DNA from: a virus | DNA: 64,000 bases | Direction: 5' to 3' (one strand) | Virus record (IMG/VR): IMGVR_UViG_3300035694_000088 | Shown: in pieces, positions 8,476 to 16,926 of the stretch | How the letters are laid out: each line of letters opens with the position of its first letter | Numbering within the stretch: position 1 is the first letter of the stretch | Notes under the pieces: generated by a model | The model's input: the letters and a program-made list of their open reading frames with translations, nothing else | Databases searched by the model: none | What the model was told of the DNA's origin: nothing | Program-made: the position numbers and the translations under genes

Positions 8476-8527
8476 TGGACACCCACTGATCCTGCTGATA
8501 CCCTGGGCAACGTTCCGACCGACCGAG
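8476..8527 (+). promoter_or_regulatory. housekeeping-sigma-type promoter with conserved +1 element
   Basis: TGGACA-N17-TACCCT-N7-GTTCCGACCGACCGAG. Confidence 0.6.
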
Positions 8528-8537
8528 AGGATTCACT

Positions 8538-8846
8538 GTGGCGACTCTGCCGACCAACGAATCGACCCGAACCGAGGGCGGTCAGTGCATCGTGTGTAAC
8601 GCACCGGTGACCCTGACGATGCGACGCGACGGCGGGATCGTCCTCGTCGACGCCACCGGCTACTCCGGCCTCACTGACGACGGTGACTCATTCGTCTGCC
8701 GTGACCACTACTGCTCCGTCTGCGGTGGTACCCACGCCGACGCCGAGCAGTTCGATGCCTGCGCCCACTACGGCGTCGAAGAAGTCGACATGACCCCACC
8801 GTGCAGCATCGACTTCGCCAACGCCGTCCTGGGGCGTACCGCGTGA
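8538..8846 (+). CDS. Cys-rich zinc-binding protein
   Basis: CIVC, CRDH, CSVC motifs; GAGGA RBS. Confidence 0.7.
   Translation: MATLPTNESTRTEGGQCIVCNAPVTLTMRRDGGIVLVDATGYSGLTDDGDSFVCRDHYCSVCGGTHADAEQFDACAHYGVEEVDMTPPCSIDFANAVLGRTA
8596..8622 (+). promoter_or_regulatory. candidate ECF autoregulatory promoter GTAAC-N16-CGATGC
   Basis: Inside the zinc-finger ORF, about 220 nt upstream of the sigma gene. Confidence 0.35.
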
Positions 8847-9568
8847 CATCGGGCACCATCACCGTCGCCCCCCACGTGCGCGGCCTGGCGCCCCGCGTGC
8901 AACGCGACGACCGCTATCACGTGGAGCGTGGGGACTGCTGGGATCTCGTCGCCGCTGCCCAGCAGGGCGACTCAGCCGCCTACGGGGAGCTCTATCGGCG
9001 CTATCACGGTGTGGTGCTCCGGTACGTGCTGTTCCGGGTGGCCAGTCGGCATGTCGCGGAAGACCTCACCAGCGAAACGTTCCTCCGCGCCCTGAACCGC
9101 ATCGGGTCGGTCAGCTACCAGGGGCGCGACGTCGGCGCGTGGTTTGTCACCATCGCCCGCAACCTCATCCTCGATGACACCAAGTCCAGCCGCTACCGGT
9201 TGGAGGTCCCCACCGGGGAGATGCTCGACGCGGGTGGCGACAAGGCCCGGCCGTTCAGCATGCGTTCCGTCGGGTTCGCTCAGCAGCTACGGCGCACCGC
9301 CCTGGTCGGGCACGAGGATGACACCGACACCGCCGAGGAGGCCACCGACGAGATATTCCGGGCTCAACTGCGCGCCGACCTGGCAGCCTGCCGGGCGGCC
9401 CTGACTGCCCCGCAGCAGCAGGTGCTGACCTACCGGTTCGACCTGGAGTACTCCGTGGCCGAGACCGCCACCGCCATGGGTAAGGACGCGGGCGCAGTCA
9501 AGGCCCTTCAGCATCGGGCGATACGGCGTTTAGCGCAGATACTGCCCGACCGCAATACCGTCCAGTGA
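8843..9568 (+). CDS. bldN: ECF sigma factor, BldN/AdsA-like
   Basis: AEDLTSETFLRAL..I.S..YQGRD.GAW..TIARNL..D..KSSR.RLEV.TGEMLDA and SVAETA..MGK..GA.K.LQ.RA.R.LA match the BldN family as recalled. Confidence 0.85.
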   Translation: MTSGTITVAPHVRGLAPRVQRDDRYHVERGDCWDLVAAAQQGDSAAYGELYRRYHGVVLRYVLFRVASRHVAEDLTSETFLRALNRIGSVSYQGRDVGAWFVTIARNLILDDTKSSRYRLEVPTGEMLDAGGDKARPFSMRSVGFAQQLRRTALVGHEDDTDTAEEATDEIFRAQLRADLAACRAALTAPQQQVLTYRFDLEYSVAETATAMGKDAGAVKALQHRAIRRLAQILPDRNTVQ

Positions 9569-9601
9569 GGGGCGGAAACCGATCGAAAGGGAGTGGTGTG
9601 A

Positions 9602-9919
9602 GTGAGTTGTCACAGCAAGGAGCAGGCCGAGAACCGCGTGAAGGACGCCCAGGCGGACACGCTGGTAGGTATCGCGTCTTTAGTGCAGCAGGCCGATCGG
9701 CTCGACGAGGCCCTGCTGTGGCTTCACGGCGACGACGTCAACACGGTGCGCACGGCGGTGGCCGGGATCCGGGAGCTGATCAGGAAGGCTCGTGACGTCG
9801 AAGCCCACCTCGACATCGCCAACCATCAGCGCCGCGTCCGGGAAGCCCGGCACGGCGAGCTGGAGGCATCGCGCCAGGGCGCGCCAGACTCGCCTGCGGC
9901 GGGTAGCGTGGTTCACTAG
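9602..9919 (+). CDS. hypothetical helical protein
   Basis: AAGGGAG RBS, protein-like sequence. Confidence 0.6.
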   Translation: MSCHSKEQAENRVKDAQADTLVGIASLVQQADRLDEALLWLHGDDVNTVRTAVAGIRELIRKARDVEAHLDIANHQRRVREARHGELEASRQGAPDSPAAGSVVH

Positions 9920-9948
9920 CCGAATGCCCAACGTTATTGCAGATGCAC

Positions 9949-9974
9949 GAGCCCCCGGCTTCGCCCGGGGGCTC
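9949..9974 (+). terminator. GC hairpin terminator
   Basis: GAGCCCCCGG-CTTCGC-CCGGGGGCTC. Confidence 0.6.
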
Positions 9975-10033
9975 TCGCATGTTACGGGCCGTCCGAAGAG
10001 GACTGCATAGATCACGGAAAGGGTGCTTGACCT

Positions 10034-10216
10034 GTGAGTAAACACCGAGCCCGAACCTTGCTCGGCAGTGGGATCTTCCGCTTCACCACTGCGAAGGGCT
10101 CCGTCTACCTACCGCTGAAACCTGAACTGCTGGCCTTGGTTACCGCGCTGAATGAACATGCGCCCGCTCGTGTCCCACGCGGGAAGCATCGGGGCATCGT
10201 GGTCCTGGCCCGGTGA
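10034..10216 (+). CDS. small basic hypothetical protein
   Basis: ORF coupled to next gene by GTGA overlap. Confidence 0.5.
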   Translation: MSKHRARTLLGSGIFRFTTAKGSVYLPLKPELLALVTALNEHAPARVPRGKHRGIVVLAR

Positions 10217-10377
10217 TCGCCGAAATCTTCGCCCTGCTGTGCGGTATCGCGGCGGCAATCATCGCCGCCATGTCTCTATACGCGGTGGCCGGATGGCCCG
10301 GGGTCGGCCTGCTCGTCGCGGCGTTCCTGTTCGGTTTGACCGTGGTTGTCGGTAACAGACCCGACAAACCGCTATGA
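10213..10377 (+). CDS. 54-aa two-TM membrane protein (not in ORF track)
   Basis: VIAEIFALLCGIAAAIIAAMSLYAVAGWPGVGLLVAAFLFGLTVVVGNRPDKPL; such genes often precede portal genes. Confidence 0.65.
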   Translation: MIAEIFALLCGIAAAIIAAMSLYAVAGWPGVGLLVAAFLFGLTVVVGNRPDKPL

Positions 10378-10526
10378 TCGCGGGCGGAGACGGCTCACCA
10401 CCCCGACTCCGTTTGTGGCATCACTCCACCCAACCGACGCGCCGGGCCTGACGGGACCGGCGCGTCGGCGCGTGATGGGGGTGTTCTTCGTGGCACATTG
10501 ACTCCGATCTTGCCCCGGAGGTGTAA

Positions 10527-12296
10527 GTGGCACGTCGCCGTTTTCTCCCGGCCCTACGCCAAGCGCTGGCCGGGGGCTCGTCGGGTCAAGGTGACCTCGA
10601 TGCCCGGATCGTGTCTGGCCCGTCCGGGTACGTCGTCCCTGGACAGCCCTACCCGGTGGACTGGTCGGTGGCCCGCTCCGTTGAGGAGGGCTACTCGTGG
10701 AACCCGTATGTTTTCCGGTGCGTGGAGTTCGTCGCCGCCAATGAACGTGCCCGGCGCATGGTGCTGCGCGCTGATGACCCCGACACCGGGCCGATCATCG
10801 AACCTGATCAGCAGTCCCGGGAGCAACGCCGCATCCTGCGGGTATTGAATCGGCGCGCCAATGAGTGGGAGATCGCCCAAGTGTGGCGTCACCGCCTGAC
10901 CGCCCAGTTCATGCTCAGCTCACGCGGGGTGTTCGTTGAGGCGGTCCGGACCCGCTCTGGTGGTATCCACTCGGCGTATCTGCTGGACCCTGATCGGGTC
11001 CTGCCGGTACCGGGGCGCCGCAAAAAGGACCCCAACGACCCTAATGAGAAGGGCGTCGTCGTCCCCATCGAGTCGTTTCGGGTGACCACCGCTGTGGCCA
11101 ACGGTTCCCCGCACTACGACTGGCGGCCACCGTTTGATCCTGATGCCGACGCCGAGAGCCAACCGTCGGGCATCGTGTGGTTGCGTTCCCCGCACCCGAC
11201 GATGTTCGAGCGGGGCATGTCGCCGGTGGAGGCGGCCGGTCTCTCGGTGGACCTCGATCGGTACGCGCGGTTGTATAACCGCAGGTTCATGATGGAAGAC
11301 GGGCGACCGGGTGGGGTGCTCGCCGTCAAAGGTGACCTCGATCCGCAGTACGAGGAGGTGCTTCAGCAGCGCTTCCGGGGTGGCCCGGATGTCGCCAACT
11401 CCCGCACCACCGTCATCCAGGCCGACGACATGGCCTGGACCGACACGTCGGGCACTCCTCGTGACACTCAGTGGGGCGACACGATGGATCGGACGAAACG
11501 CGAGATCTGTGTCGCGTTCGGCCTGCCCGAATCGGTGGTGTCGGATTCATCGGGGGAAACCTTTGACAATGCTGACGCCGATTACGCCAAAGCGTGGGAA
11601 CACTGCATGCTCCCACTGTTTCGACTACTTGATGGACAATTGGATGTACTTTCTCCAGGCGGATATGATGACGATACATTTCTTAACCACGACGTATCCG
11701 ACGTGTGGGTGCTCGGTCGGCACAAGCGAGCCGAGGAGGATCGGGCCGCCGCCGACCTAGATCGGGGCACTATCACCATCGACGAGTACCGGGAGATCTG
11801 CGGGCGTGACCCGTGGGATGTGCCCGCTACGCGCGTGCTGTGGATTCCCGCCGCCCGACTGGTCGTCGACGACGGGGAGCGCGATCACGATGGGGACGCC
11901 CAGGCGGCCAGTACGGCGCCGATCGGCAATGGGCAGCTCGGTGCGGCCGGGATGTCTGGTGGCGCCCCGGGTGGGGCGGGTATTCCCAACGCGTTGCCTC
12001 CCGGGTTCGGGGTTGATCCTGATGCGGATCTCGACGGCGCGGGGCAGGGCACGGGCAGTGTCCCGATCCCTGGGGCGCCCGGGGTGGCGGTTCCAGGGAT
12101 CGCACCACCACCGCCCATGAAGATGCCCAGGCCGCACGCGGCGATCGGGGCCGGTGGGGCGCCGGGCGCCGGTTTCGGGCCGCCCAGTACCCGCATGGAG
12201 GCCCAAGCGGGTCGCACGGTGCCCGGTGGGGGTTTGACGCAGGTCAAAAGTGCGGAGGATGAGCAGAGCGGGGGGCGACCTCCTCGCAGCCGATGA
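10527..12296 (+). CDS. portal protein (HK97-like) with Gly/Pro-rich C-terminal extension
   Basis: EEGYSWNPYVFRCVEFVA, DGRPGGVLAVKG, D..WGDTMDRTKREICVAFGLP, TITIDEYRE..G.DP. Confidence 0.9.
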   Translation: MARRRFLPALRQALAGGSSGQGDLDARIVSGPSGYVVPGQPYPVDWSVARSVEEGYSWNPYVFRCVEFVAANERARRMVLRADDPDTGPIIEPDQQSREQRRILRVLNRRANEWEIAQVWRHRLTAQFMLSSRGVFVEAVRTRSGGIHSAYLLDPDRVLPVPGRRKKDPNDPNEKGVVVPIESFRVTTAVANGSPHYDWRPPFDPDADAESQPSGIVWLRSPHPTMFERGMSPVEAAGLSVDLDRYARLYNRRFMMEDGRPGGVLAVKGDLDPQYEEVLQQRFRGGPDVANSRTTVIQADDMAWTDTSGTPRDTQWGDTMDRTKREICVAFGLPESVVSDSSGETFDNADADYAKAWEHCMLPLFRLLDGQLDVLSPGGYDDDTFLNHDVSDVWVLGRHKRAEEDRAAADLDRGTITIDEYREICGRDPWDVPATRVLWIPAARLVVDDGERDHDGDAQAASTAPIGNGQLGAAGMSGGAPGGAGIPNALPPGFGVDPDADLDGAGQGTGSVPIPGAPGVAVPGIAPPPPMKMPRPHAAIGAGGAPGAGFGPPSTRMEAQAGRTVPGGGLTQVKSAEDEQSGGRPPRSR

Positions 12297-13632
12297 GCTG
12301 CCCGAGCTGCCCGTAGAGCAGATGATGGTGTTCGAGGCCCCACCGGATCCCCCGGTGGGTTCGGTTCGTGACGCGATGGCCGATGCGGGGTCGGTGCGGG
12401 TGGATCAGGCGATAGCCCTGATGGATGCGGCGATTACCGGCTACAACGAACGCCTCGCGGCGGTGGTGGAGGCCCGGATGCGGAGCCCGAAGACCCGCAA
12501 GGGCACTCGATTCTGGAATCCGTCACCTGATGGGGTGAAGTCTGGATTTATTCGAGGGGTAAGCGACTCTTCTACACATAAGACCCCCGTAGGGGTCGAG
12601 GTAAAAGCCATCGACGCGTCCTACGTGCTCCCCGAGCGCACCGTCGACGAGCTGGGCGACGTGGTCCGCCCCGTGTGCCTAAGGATCGTCGCCGACGCCA
12701 CCAGTAACGTCGCCAGATCCCTCAAGCGCCCCAACACCGGGCTCGCTGCGTTCGACTGGGCCGACATCAACGCCACCGTCGACGACGCCGTGAAGCGCCT
12801 GCTGGACGTCAACGAACGCCACGCTCGCGATGTCCGGGGCGAGATTCTGCGCGCCGATTCCGACGCTGGTTCCCTGTCCGCAGCGATCGACCGGGTCACC
12901 GAGGCCACCCGCAGGGGTGGCCGGTGGTTATTGCTGGCCGGGCGCACGCTGGCGACGGCGCTGACGGGGGATGCGGCACTGGCGGCGGCGAAGGCCTTGG
13001 GGGTCACTCATGTGCAGTGGTTAACCCGTCGGGATGACCGGGTGCGCGAGACTCACCGGGTGGCCGATGGTCAGGTCCGGCCGGTGGGAGCTAAGTTCGC
13101 CGTCGGCGGGTTCGGGCTGCGGTTCCCGGCCGACCCCGAGGTGCTGCCGGAGGGCGGCCCGGAGGTCTACGGGTGCCGCTGTTCACTGCTGTTCGCGCCC
13201 CCGTCCCCGCTGCGCGCTAAGGCGGTCGCGTTGGCGCAGCGGGGCACTGAGGTTTCGGCGCGGAGGCTGGTCGATGTCGCGGACAGAGCTACCGGAGCCG
13301 ATCTGGTGCTCGGTGCGCCAGATCTCGGTGCGGGTATGTCCGTGCCTGCCGTGCCAGTGCCCCGCGATGTTGTTGGCTATCGCGTCCTTGGGGCGCAGGG
13401 CCCGGTCGCGCCGGGTCAGCAGGTCTCGTGGCCGGGGCCGCTCGCGTTAGCGTTGGCGCCCCCGGTGGCGGCGGGGTTGGCGGTGTTGGCGGTGGCGATC
13501 TCAGCGGGAACGGTTGTCGGGGTGGCTAACGGGGCGGTGGTGCTGCCGTCGGGGGTGCCGTTGGCGGTGGCGTCGGTCAGTGGTGGGCAGGTGGTGGCCA
13601 CGCCGGTCGTGTCGCCGGTCGCGGTCGTCTGA
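12259..13632 (+). CDS. MuF/SPP1 gp7-like head morphogenesis protein with degenerate C-terminal domain
   Basis: WLTRRDDRVRETH..ADGQ, FPADP, YGCRC; GGAGG RBS before ATG 12259. Confidence 0.85.
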   Translation: MSRAGGDLLAADELPELPVEQMMVFEAPPDPPVGSVRDAMADAGSVRVDQAIALMDAAITGYNERLAAVVEARMRSPKTRKGTRFWNPSPDGVKSGFIRGVSDSSTHKTPVGVEVKAIDASYVLPERTVDELGDVVRPVCLRIVADATSNVARSLKRPNTGLAAFDWADINATVDDAVKRLLDVNERHARDVRGEILRADSDAGSLSAAIDRVTEATRRGGRWLLLAGRTLATALTGDAALAAAKALGVTHVQWLTRRDDRVRETHRVADGQVRPVGAKFAVGGFGLRFPADPEVLPEGGPEVYGCRCSLLFAPPSPLRAKAVALAQRGTEVSARRLVDVADRATGADLVLGAPDLGAGMSVPAVPVPRDVVGYRVLGAQGPVAPGQQVSWPGPLALALAPPVAAGLAVLAVAISAGTVVGVANGAVVLPSGVPLAVASVSGGQVVATPVVSPVAVV

Positions 13633-13650
13633 TCCGGTTACAGTGCGCGC

Positions 13651-13812
13651 ATGATCGGAATCATCGTTGCGGCTTTGATCTTGTGGGTGATCCTGGGAGT
13701 CATCGGGATCGCAGTGAAGGGCCTGCTGGTGCTGGCCTACGTCGCGCTGGTGCTGTTCGTGTTGACGGCGATCGTTGGCACGGTCACCCACAGCCGCAAG
13801 GGCACCCCGTAA
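13651..13812 (+). CDS. 53-aa membrane protein (not in track), probably leaderless
   Basis: MIGIIVAALILWVILGVIGIAVKGLL...; TACAGT -10 six nt upstream. Confidence 0.7.
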   Translation: MIGIIVAALILWVILGVIGIAVKGLLVLAYVALVLFVLTAIVGTVTHSRKGTP

Positions 13813-13836
13813 CACCTGCCGCTGTCGGGGCGATAC
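13809..13836 (+). promoter_or_regulatory. candidate ECF promoter GTAAC-N17-CGATAC
   Basis: About 40 nt upstream of 13877. Confidence 0.5.
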
Positions 13837-13876
13837 CCCTGACGTAAGCCCGTTCCGGCCCGTCAGGAGTCACGCC

Positions 13877-14236
13877 ATGGTCAAGACCGTTCTCGTCGTC
13901 GCCGCGCTGCTGGCCGGGGGCGCGGATCTCGCGATCGTCAGTTACCGCGCTGGGCACCCCGCCCCGGCAGCGGTCGCGGTCGTCGCGCCGGTGCCCGCGC
14001 CGGTGAAGGGGCGGGGTTTCTATCTCGCCGAGCTGCGCAACCGCATGCCGGTGAGCGTGTCGGGGGATACCGAGACCCTGATCGCCCAGGGGGTGTGTCA
14101 GCAGTTGGCGGCGGGGACGCCGCGCGCGGCCCTGGTCAATGATCTTAACGCGATGACGGCGCCGATGTTCGGGGTCAACGGCTACTACTACGCGGTGGCG
14201 ATGGTGGACACGGCGCGGGAGAACTACTGCGTTTAG
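13877..14236 (+). CDS. secreted/membrane DUF732-like protein
   Basis: AGGAG RBS; FYLAEL...LIAQGVCQQLAAG...AVAMVDTARENYC. Confidence 0.65.
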   Translation: MVKTVLVVAALLAGGADLAIVSYRAGHPAPAAVAVVAPVPAPVKGRGFYLAELRNRMPVSVSGDTETLIAQGVCQQLAAGTPRAALVNDLNAMTAPMFGVNGYYYAVAMVDTARENYCV

Positions 14237-14252
14237 TGGGCATGCTCTAATG

Positions 14253-14304
14253 TTGCGACTTTCCCGCAGACCCACTAAACTCGGGGATGTTCCGACCGAC
14301 CGAG
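14253..14304 (+). promoter_or_regulatory. housekeeping-sigma-type promoter with conserved +1 element
   Basis: TTGCGA-N17-TAAACT-N7-GTTCCGACCGACCGAG. Confidence 0.65.
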
Positions 14305-14312
14305 GGAGACCC

Positions 14313-15260
14313 ATGACCACAGCACTCGCCACCCCACCCACCGCCGTCGAACTAGTCGGCACCGACGTATCCCAATGCGGCACTGCCCGCGCAGCCCTGG
14401 AGGCAGCCGGACTCGCCGGACTCGACGTCGAAAAAGTCGAGATCCAAACCTGCACCCACCACCGGACCGTCCCCGGCCAGTTCGCCCTGGAAACTCACGG
14501 CAAACCACTGCCCGGTATCACCGTCGGCGACGACTACAAAGTCGTCCAATTCGAGGAGAACGCCGACACCCTCGACGCCGTCGCCCGACGCCTCGGCGCC
14601 ACCTACGCCAACGCCGGGGCACTGAGCCTGTCCCAAGCATTCGTGTCCCTCGTCCTGCCCGAACCACTGGTGATCGGCGACGACAAACTCATCGCCACCA
14701 TCAACACCTTCATGAGCCACGGCACCGGCTCCAACGTGTTCGTCCCCGGAGGCTGCCGCGTCCTGTGCGCCAATCAGCAACCCCAGCTCGTCCGCGAAGG
14801 CCGCGACTACAAGGTCACCATCCGGCACACCGTGTCCGCGCCTGAGCGCACCGCGCTAGCCGAGGAAGCCATGATGGCCACCACCGCTGGCATGAAACTG
14901 ATCGTCGCCGAAGGCCTGGACATGTTGCACCAGTCGTGCAGCCTGGATGAGTTCCTGGAGATCGTCGACATCGTCTTCCCGCTCGGCGGGGAATCCAAGA
15001 CCGCCCAAACCCACTACGACAAGCGCGTGGAAGTCCTACGGGGAATCTTCAACGGACCCACCAACGCCAACATCGCCGACACCGCGTGGTGCGCCTACCA
15101 GGCCATCGCCGAATACGTCCAGTGGGCCAAAGGCGTACGCGGAGTGCCCGAGGATGAGCTCAACACCGCTCGCGCTCGCCGCGCCCTGGCCGGTGGTGGA
15201 AACCGGGATCAGGTTCGGGCCTACACAGTGATCCGCGAAATGTTCGGCCTCGCTGGCTGA
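14313..15260 (+). CDS. DUF932 / phage-plasmid-like protein
   Basis: VGDDYKVVQF, NAGAL, SHGTGS, RVLCANQ, IRHT, TAW.AYQAIAEY.QW. Confidence 0.8.
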   Translation: MTTALATPPTAVELVGTDVSQCGTARAALEAAGLAGLDVEKVEIQTCTHHRTVPGQFALETHGKPLPGITVGDDYKVVQFEENADTLDAVARRLGATYANAGALSLSQAFVSLVLPEPLVIGDDKLIATINTFMSHGTGSNVFVPGGCRVLCANQQPQLVREGRDYKVTIRHTVSAPERTALAEEAMMATTAGMKLIVAEGLDMLHQSCSLDEFLEIVDIVFPLGGESKTAQTHYDKRVEVLRGIFNGPTNANIADTAWCAYQAIAEYVQWAKGVRGVPEDELNTARARRALAGGGNRDQVRAYTVIREMFGLAG

Positions 15261-15824
15261 CCCACAGACTCCCAGGGACCTCCCGCATCGAGCTTCTGCA
15301 ACAGGCCGCTCGATGGGGGCGCGGGCCCGATCGCCGGGTGGGAGCCGGTGCAGTGAAGGGGCGGCCACCCTGCCTGGTCTCCGCTTCCGTCAGGCAGGGC
15401 GGTCGTCTCGCCCGTTCCGAGAAGAACCCGGACGACTCGCCCGCACGGAGCACCAAACAGGACTACGGTCAGAGGTGTCCGGCCCGGCCAGGACCCGCTG
15501 GTGACATGTCGAACTACTCGAACAGCACCAGGATGGGAAAGCTGTGGCTTTCATCAATAGTCTCCGCAACAGGATCATGTTCGTTGAAACCGACCGTGCC
15601 GGGCGGTGGCCCATGATCCGTGTGGTGGTCCTGAAACCGCGACCGGGCAGGGGTGTCACCGGCGGCGCCCGGCCTCCACCGCAGACGCACGAACCGGCAC
15701 CCGGCTAGCTGTGGGGCGTTTGCTTGCTGACACCAGGCAACCGAAGGGAACCCAATGACCATCATCCACATCGACGCCACCGCCGCTGACGCGTTCGCCA
15801 CCGCCCTGTCCCAGAGGACACACC

Positions 15825-16193
15825 GTGGCTAAGAAGAAGACGCTGCGCCGGGAACCGCGCGTACAAACAGCCGCCGACCTGCCCGTGTGGCTGGCCGCGA
15901 AGCTCACCACCCAGCGTCAAGCGTGGGCCAGCGGCTTGACCCGCAACTGTGTGCACGACCCCCAGCCGGGGCGCGCGCTGGCGCACATGTGCTCATGGAA
16001 ACCCGAGATCGTCGCCTGCCCCCGATGCACGCACCTGTTCAATATCGCCGCCCACGACCCGGACGCCCACCGGTGCGACTGCTGTGACCGCGACGTCGCC
16101 GACACCATCGGCGGGAAGATGACCATCAGCGGGGTCACGTACTGGTTCGCGGTGTGCGAGGCGTGCCAGCGGGGGAAAATGACCCGGGCCTAG
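15825..16193 (+). CDS. Cys-rich zinc-binding hypothetical protein
   Basis: CVH, CPRC, CDCC, CEAC; GAGGA RBS. Confidence 0.7.
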   Translation: MAKKKTLRREPRVQTAADLPVWLAAKLTTQRQAWASGLTRNCVHDPQPGRALAHMCSWKPEIVACPRCTHLFNIAAHDPDAHRCDCCDRDVADTIGGKMTISGVTYWFAVCEACQRGKMTRA

Positions 16194-16202
16194 AAAACAC
16201 TG

Positions 16203-16245
16203 GACCCCCGCCGGGCTGCCTGTGAGCAGCTAGTCGGCGGGGGTC
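16203..16245 (+). terminator. hairpin terminator
   Basis: GACCCCCGCCG...CGGCGGGGGTC. Confidence 0.55.
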
Positions 16246-16536
16246 GAGCGCTCGCTCCCCGAGCAACACCATCAGAACGGCTCCCATCATGTCACAGACC
16301 CCCGACGGGCAAAACCTTGCCGGGCCTAGAACCGCGAAAGCCCCGCAGATGCGCTACGCGCATGGGGCGGGGCTTCCCGGGTTCCGGCCAGCACCGAGGA
16401 GACGCTGCGGAGGCAATTGCCTGACGGCGGCCTCAACGCGCCAACTGATGTGACAAGGGTGAGTGTAGCAGCCACTTCCGACTGTTTCCAGATCATGCGG
16501 CGTGCCCCGCGAATCGTAGGCGCCCCGGCTGACACC

Positions 16537-16926
16537 ATGCGTCGCGTGCAGCCCGCCGCGCAGTCCCCCACGCAATGTGCGCCGGGGTGCGGCGCTTGCT
16601 GCGACCCGGTCGCCATGCCCGTGCCACCAGATCGCATGAACGGCCCGTCGGGTCCGTTCGCCCGCCAGCACTGGCACGTGATCAGCGTGGTCGAGGACGA
16701 CCGGTCACCCACCGGGCGGGTGTACTCCCTACGCTGCGACCAGTTCGACCCGCACACCCGACGGTGCGGTGCCTACGCGGTCCGGCCGCCGATCTGCGCG
16801 AACTATCCCGCTTACGGGCACCCGCTGTCACCGTGCCACCCGAAGGCCGACGCGATTCCCCTCGTGTGCGCCTTCCAGGCTGACGTGCGCACCGTCCTGC
16901 CCCTGGTGGCGATCAATGGCCGATAA
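16537..16926 (+). CDS. YkgJ/UPF0153-like Cys-cluster (Zn/Fe-S) protein; start uncertain
   Basis: C...CGACC, C..FD..TRRC.AY..RP.IC..YP. Confidence 0.75.
   Translation: MRRVQPAAQSPTQCAPGCGACCDPVAMPVPPDRMNGPSGPFARQHWHVISVVEDDRSPTGRVYSLRCDQFDPHTRRCGAYAVRPPICANYPAYGHPLSPCHPKADAIPLVCAFQADVRTVLPLVAINGR

Noticed and set aside
9920-10526. Expected terminase upstream of the portal
   Set aside because: No ORF with terminase ATPase or nuclease motifs here or elsewhere in the window; presumably outside it.
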